A stretch of 64,000 nucleotides of DNA from the human T2T-CHM13v2.0 reference genome, Homo sapiens. Of this stretch, positions 58,301 through 64,000 are shown piece after piece. Below the pieces are notes generated by a model. The model searched no databases. It was not told where the DNA came from and saw nothing but the letters and a program-made list of their open reading frames with translations. The translations under genes were made by a program, and so were the position numbers. Numbering within the stretch: position 1 is the first letter of the stretch; each line of letters opens with the position of its first letter. Location: assembly GCF_009914755.1 (NCBI RefSeq), contig NC_060927.1. One strand, 5' to 3'.

Positions 58301-59000
58301 CTTTTAAGCTACCCCTTAACTCCCACCTTTTATTCCAAACTTTAACATCTGCATAGCTGCCTGGCACAATAATGAGCAATATTGCATGCTTCATAAATAT
58401 TTGTTGGTTCATTCTTGTAGGTGATTGGTTGAGGAATGAAGGAAGCCTGTATCCTAATAGAAGACATTCATGCCTGTGGTGGTTATAAGCTAATAATACA
58501 CAGGGAATTGCAGCTTCTCAGAGAGGACCTTTTAGAAAGGTCTAAACAGTAGAGAGTTATCTCTTCAATTCTTGGGATTCCTGCTGAAAACCAATTCCCT
58601 TCTCCCCCGACTCCATTTAAAGCCAAGGTGGTTGGTTTCTAGACTCTTATTTCTCCCAAGGGCACATGAAAAATGGAAAGCTCTAGTTGACCTGAAAATT
58701 CTAGTTTAGAATTCAGGTATCTTTGAAAGAGACAGAAGTATAAAATACTGTAATAATACAAATATAGATGTTCAAGTATGAACATGCTCTCAGCCAGTCT
58801 GTCAAGTAAGTGGAAACAATTATGCAACAAAACTCTTCAGTATAGGTTTTTAAAGTTGCTTTGAGGCTTATGTTTCATCAGATTCAAGGTTCTCATCTCT
58901 AGACACCAGACATAAGAGTTTTCATATGAGTTGTCAGATTTTTCCCACAGTGTTATATAAGAGTGGAACTCTTATAGAGTCACTTGGTCCATCTCTTTAA

Positions 59001-59205
59001 TGTGGTGATTTTTAACCAGAGGGCGATTTTGCCCTTCAGGGAATATTTAGCCATGTCTGGAGATATTATTGTCACAGTTGGGGGATGCTACATGGTGTGT
59101 AAGTAGAAGCCAGGGATGCTCCTAAACATTATACAGTGCATGAACACCTCTTTCTTCCCCACAACAAAGAGTTACCAGGCCAAAACCATTAATAGTCCTA
59201 AAGTT
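59001..59205. mobile_element. MER20-like DNA transposon
   Basis: gggcgattttgcccttcagggaatatttagccatgtctggaga...gccagggatgctcctaaacat. Confidence 0.75.
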
Positions 59206-59247
59206 GAAAGAATAATGGGGAGAAAAAGCTGATAGGATTAGGGGTAA

Positions 59248-59569
<322 letters not shown>

Positions 59570-60669
59570 AATTCATAGAATCTTAGAGAAGGAAACATCT
59601 AGTAGTTTTGACATCTGTAAGTGGAAAAATGAGGAAGAAGTTTAATTTCTGGAGGAAAGAAACTCATGCAGGTTGTTGGCTTATTTATGCTCCAACTTTA
59701 TTTCCCAAAAGGAATTTTAAATGATTTAAGGAGGGTGGCAAGACTTCAAATTCAGAAGTCATTGGAAGTTAGAACCAGATGTGATCTTAAAGATCACCAA
59801 GTTCAATTCGCTTATTTCACAAAGGTTAAATGACTTGTCCAGGGCCTCACAGCTGACTAGAAAAGGCATAAACTAGAACCTGATCTATTTGCCTGCCTCC
59901 AGTGCTCCTTCCCCCAATCTTTTCACTTAACTGAGGCTTTGTTAATCTACTGTGGTCTTCCTTAATCTCCAGTTTATTGGTAGAGATTGACAGTTTCCCA
60001 CTTGATTAAATGTTGTCTGATACTCTTGTTTCATTTCTTTGCCCAGGTTAATAAGCTATTCAAGGGCAGTGAATCTTTCATCTCCATAATATCTGCCCCA
60101 GTGGCAAGTAAGAGGTACACAGTTTAATGTGTCATGATCAGTGGATTGATCGATTGTGTACATGTGATGCTTTGAAGAAAACATATTGCATACTAAGACA
60201 CTGCGCATGTCACTGAGACACAAGTTTGGTTGCATAAGGATCGTTTCCACTCACTTGATTGACAGATTGGCCCAGAGTATATGTACATTTGAACAATTAT
60301 ATTTGTGTTAATACATTGTACCTTTGTTTCTTTCAAATATATCAAATTATAAACTAGAGTTTTCAGATAAACTGGAGCTTTCCATTTCTACTATGCCTGT
60401 GGCAGAAAAATAATGTAGATAACCAACCACCTTTGCCTTTTGCCGGAACAGCAGATAACTCCCTCTATTGTTTAGACCTTTCTAAAAGGTCCTCTCTCGG
60501 AAGTCTCAATTCCCTCTGTATTAGCTTGTAACCACCACAGGCATGAATATTCATTAGTAACCTCACCTCCACCTATCCAAAAGCCTCAGGAATGGCTGAG
60601 GACGAGGTAGGCTTTGTAGGTCTGTAGGGCTTATATTTGTATATTGTAGTTGTCCAAATATGGCTAGCC

Positions 60670-61547
60670 TTTAAAGAGCTGAACAAAACAGGCGCAATCC
60701 CATCATAAAAATGGGCTAAGGACATGAATAGACAATTCTCAAAAGAAGATATACAAATGGCAAACACACATATAAAAAAATGCTCAACATCACTAATTAT
60801 CAGGGAAATGCAAATCAAAACCACAGTGCAATACCACCTTACTCCTGCAAGAATGGCCATAATCAAAAAAATTAAAAAATAATAGATGTTGGTGTGGATG
60901 TGGTGAAAGGGGAACACTTTTACACTGTTGGTGAGAATGTAAACTAGTACGAGCATGGAAAACAGTGTGGAGATTCCTTAAAGAACTAAAAGTAGATCTA
61001 TCATTTGATCCAGCAGTCCCACTCCTGGGTATCTGCCCAGAGGAAAAGAAGTCATTATATGAAAAAGATACTTGCATATAAGTGTGTTTATGGCAGCACA
61101 ATTCGCAATTGCAAAAATATGGAACCAGCTCAAATGTCCATCAGTCAATGAGCGGATAAAGAAAATGTGGTATATATACACCATGGAATACTACTCGGCC
61201 ATGAAAAGGAATGAAATAATGGCATTCGTAGCAACCTGGATGGAATTGGAGACTATTGTTCTAAGTGAAGTAACTCAGGAATGGAAAACCAAACATTGTA
61301 TGTTCTCACTCATAAGGAGGAGCTAAGCTATGAGGACACAGAGGCATAAGAATGATACAGTGCACTCTGGGGACTCAGGGGAAAGAGTGGGAGGGGTGTA
61401 AGGGATAAAAGACTACACATTGGGTACAGTGTACACTGCTCGAGTGATGGTTGCACCAGAATCTCAGAAGTCAGCACTAAAGAACTTATTCATGTAACCA
61501 AACACCACTTGTTCCCCAAAAACCTATTGAAATAAATAAATTAAAAC
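60670..61547 (+). mobile_element. L1 ORF2 3' end and 3' UTR (L1PB/L1MA-like)
   Basis: ORF 61072-61326 ([18 protein letters not shown]...MWYIYTMEYYSA) is the L1 ORF2 C-terminus; ends aacctattgaaataaataaa. Confidence 0.92.
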
Positions 61548-62569
61548 AGGCCAAAAAAAAAAAAAAAGATGGTCTCAGGTAACCCCTCAAATATCATACC
61601 AGGACCATTTGGCTATGAGGAGGAAGAAGAACTCACTAAAATAAGAAAACTAGTTTCAGTTTTTCAAAATATTGCCTCAAATAATAAGATAAGTTTTATT
61701 TCTCTTGATCAACAATTTTGACAATGAAATTTTAAATGATGCCACAAATAAAAGTGATTATCCCTGGAATGGCTGACTGCAATGCCAAAGGTTATTCCTG
61801 AATACATTTTTATGGTGGCATTCTAACTGTAAAACCTGGTACCTGATGGAATGTTGACAGATTTGTAAGTGCTCCCATGTAAATGGTGTTAATTCATTAT
61901 CAAATTATGAAGTACTTAGAGGTGTTGGCCAGTTAACTCGCTAGACTCCCTCAAGATTCCTTACCCTACAGCATTGCCTTTGGGGGATGGCTGCTCTGAT
62001 ATATTGACTGCCCAAAAGCCTTACCCTTCTTGATGTACCTTGAGGAATGGAAAGGGTCCATCTGCTGGAAAGGAAAGGGCTTGAAGTTTAAGTAAAATGA
62101 ATTTAAATGGGGTTTAAGGTTTGAGAACCTTAGTAAACTACTTGTCTTCCTTGCTCTTTCTTGTATTTGCTTCACTGTGCCATAAGTTGAATGGAGTCCT
62201 TTGTTTTGGTTCATCTAACTGCCTTATTTAATGTGTGTTCTGGACCCTTCCCAAGAAATGCTACAGATTTAAGTTGAGGGCCTGGGATTGAGAGAGAAAC
62301 AGACCTTGTAGGTGTCAGACAGCCTACTTTAGCTCAGCCAAAGATTTAGGCATCTATGCTTTGCTACAGTTATAAAACCGGGAATCTTCCCACCCAATAA
62401 AATGGAAGTTTTTATTGAGCTTTCCTTTTAAATAAAAAGAAAACTTGGAGAATAAACCTTCTGTTTGTCATGCCAGCCACTAGAGGGTAGAATAGCCACA
62501 TTTCCTACTACAGATGTAATTTAAAGAGAGGGACTATGGTCAGAATACATTTGCCAGTGCTTGTCAATA

Positions 62570-63245
62570 CAGATGCTTTTTGACTTATGATGGGGTTAGA
62601 ACCACATAAACCCACTGTGAGTTGAAAATATTAAAAGTTGAAAATATGTTTAATACACCTAACCTACTGAATATCATGGCTTTGCCTAGCCCACCTTAAA
62701 CATGCTCAGAGAACACTTACATAAATCTACAATTGGGCAAAATTGTCTAGCAACACAGCACACTGTAGAGCAGGGGCCTCTAAACCCTGGGCCACGGACT
62801 GGTAGCAGTCCATGGCTTGTTAGGAGCCGAGCGGCAAGCAGAAGGTGAGTGGCAGGCAAGCGAGCATTACTGCCTGAGCTCTGCCTCCTGTCAGATCAGC
62901 AGTGGCATTAGATTCTCATAGGAGCACGAACCCTATTGTGAACTGCACATGCGAGGGGTCTAGGCTGAGCACTCTTTATGAGACTCTAGCTAATGCCTAA
63001 TGATCTGAGTGGACAGTTTCATCCTGAAACCATCCCCCCAACCCCCCGCCCATGGAAAAATTGTCTTCCATGAAAACAGTCCCTTGTGCCAAATTGGGAA
63101 CTGCTGCTGTACAGTATCGGTTGTTTACCCTCATGATTGTGTGGCTGACTGGGAGCTGTGGCTCACTGCCACTACCCAGCACTGGGAGAGAGTATCTTAC
63201 AGCATATTGCTAGCCCAGAAAAAGATCAAAATTTGAAGTACCGTT
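62570..63245. mobile_element. Tigger4-like DNA transposon interrupted by MER1B
   Basis: cagatgctttttgacttatgatggggtta...aatacacctaacctac. Confidence 0.75.
62771..63106. mobile_element. MER1B-like hAT-Charlie element
   Basis: Ends cagggg...ctgctg; 8-bp target-site duplication CTGTAGAG/CTGTACAG. Confidence 0.85.
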
Positions 63246-63746
63246 TTAGGGCACAATTAACCAGCAGAAGAGTTTGTTAAAATGCAGCTTTCTGGGCCCT
63301 ACGCCCCCAGAGGTTCTCATTGGATAGCTCTGAGTGGAACTTAATATCAGGGGATTCTCACACAGGTATCTTGGATTTTACTCTGAGATACGCTGATCTA
63401 TAAGAGTTTTGGGGCATGCATTTTTGCCTATCTTTTCTCTTGGGATTACAAAGCAAAATGATTATTTGGAGGAAAAAAATCTTAATAACAGAAACCAGGG
63501 TATAGGAAAAAGCTAGAGTGTTGGTTAATTTAAAGGTCTTTCCCTGCCTTTGTCTAACATATTTCAAAGGAGACTCACTTTGTAAATATTCAGAATCAAA
63601 GAAGCTACTAAAACGTTTTTATTGGGAGTTTTACTTCAACCAGTAAAGACCATAGAATCCTTAGACTACAAATCTCTAAAATTTTTGATAAAATATCCCT
63701 TCTATGACCATCTCACAGCTCCCCTAATTTTATCCTTTATGGGTTA

Positions 63747-64000
63747 TGTATGTGGTTTAGCTCTGTGTCCTCACCCAAATCTCCTAACTGAAATCCCCGT
63801 TTGGATCGTGGGGTGGTTTCCCCTGCTGTTCTTGTGATACTGAGGGAGTTCTCATGAGACCTGATGGTTTAAAAGTGGCAGTTTCCCCTGTGCACTCTCT
63901 CGCTCTCTTGCTGCCAGGTGAGATGTGCCTTAGCTTTTCTTTGCCTCCTGCCATGATTGTAAGTTTCCTGAGGCCTCCCCCAGCCATGAGGAATGGTGAG
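63747..64000 (+). mobile_element. MST/THE1-type MaLR LTR (runs off window end)
   Basis: tgtggtttagctctgtgtcctcacccaaatctc...ccatgattgtaagtttcctgaggcctccccc. Confidence 0.85.

Overview
Human-like (primate) genomic DNA, recognisable as the COL8A1-CMSS1-FILIP1L locus; the chromosome 3q12 position is recalled, not visible in the sequence. On the + strand are the two coding exons of COL8A1 (9744-10071 and 13291-15197; 2235 nt, 744 aa) with a long 3' UTR, then the CpG-island promoter and first coding exon of CMSS1 (ATG 37021, donor after 37084). Inside CMSS1 intron 1, on the - strand, are two phase-0 alternative terminal coding exons of FILIP1L that the ORF track misses: 52282-52308 (VEPLLLPH*) and 49458-49649 (63 aa, basic, with RIP motifs). 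The rest is repeat-rich: about 20 Alus, MaLR/ERVL/ERV1 LTR elements, L1 3' ends and DNA transposons. I found no clearly new biological system. The best leads are the FILIP1L terminal-exon switch with an inverted Alu pair and a CTCF-like motif between the exons, a uORF ending 1 nt before the CMSS1 start, a NAGNAG acceptor in COL8A1, a 22-bp minisatellite and an 82-bp local duplication. Repeat subfamily names and boundaries were judged by eye and are approximate.
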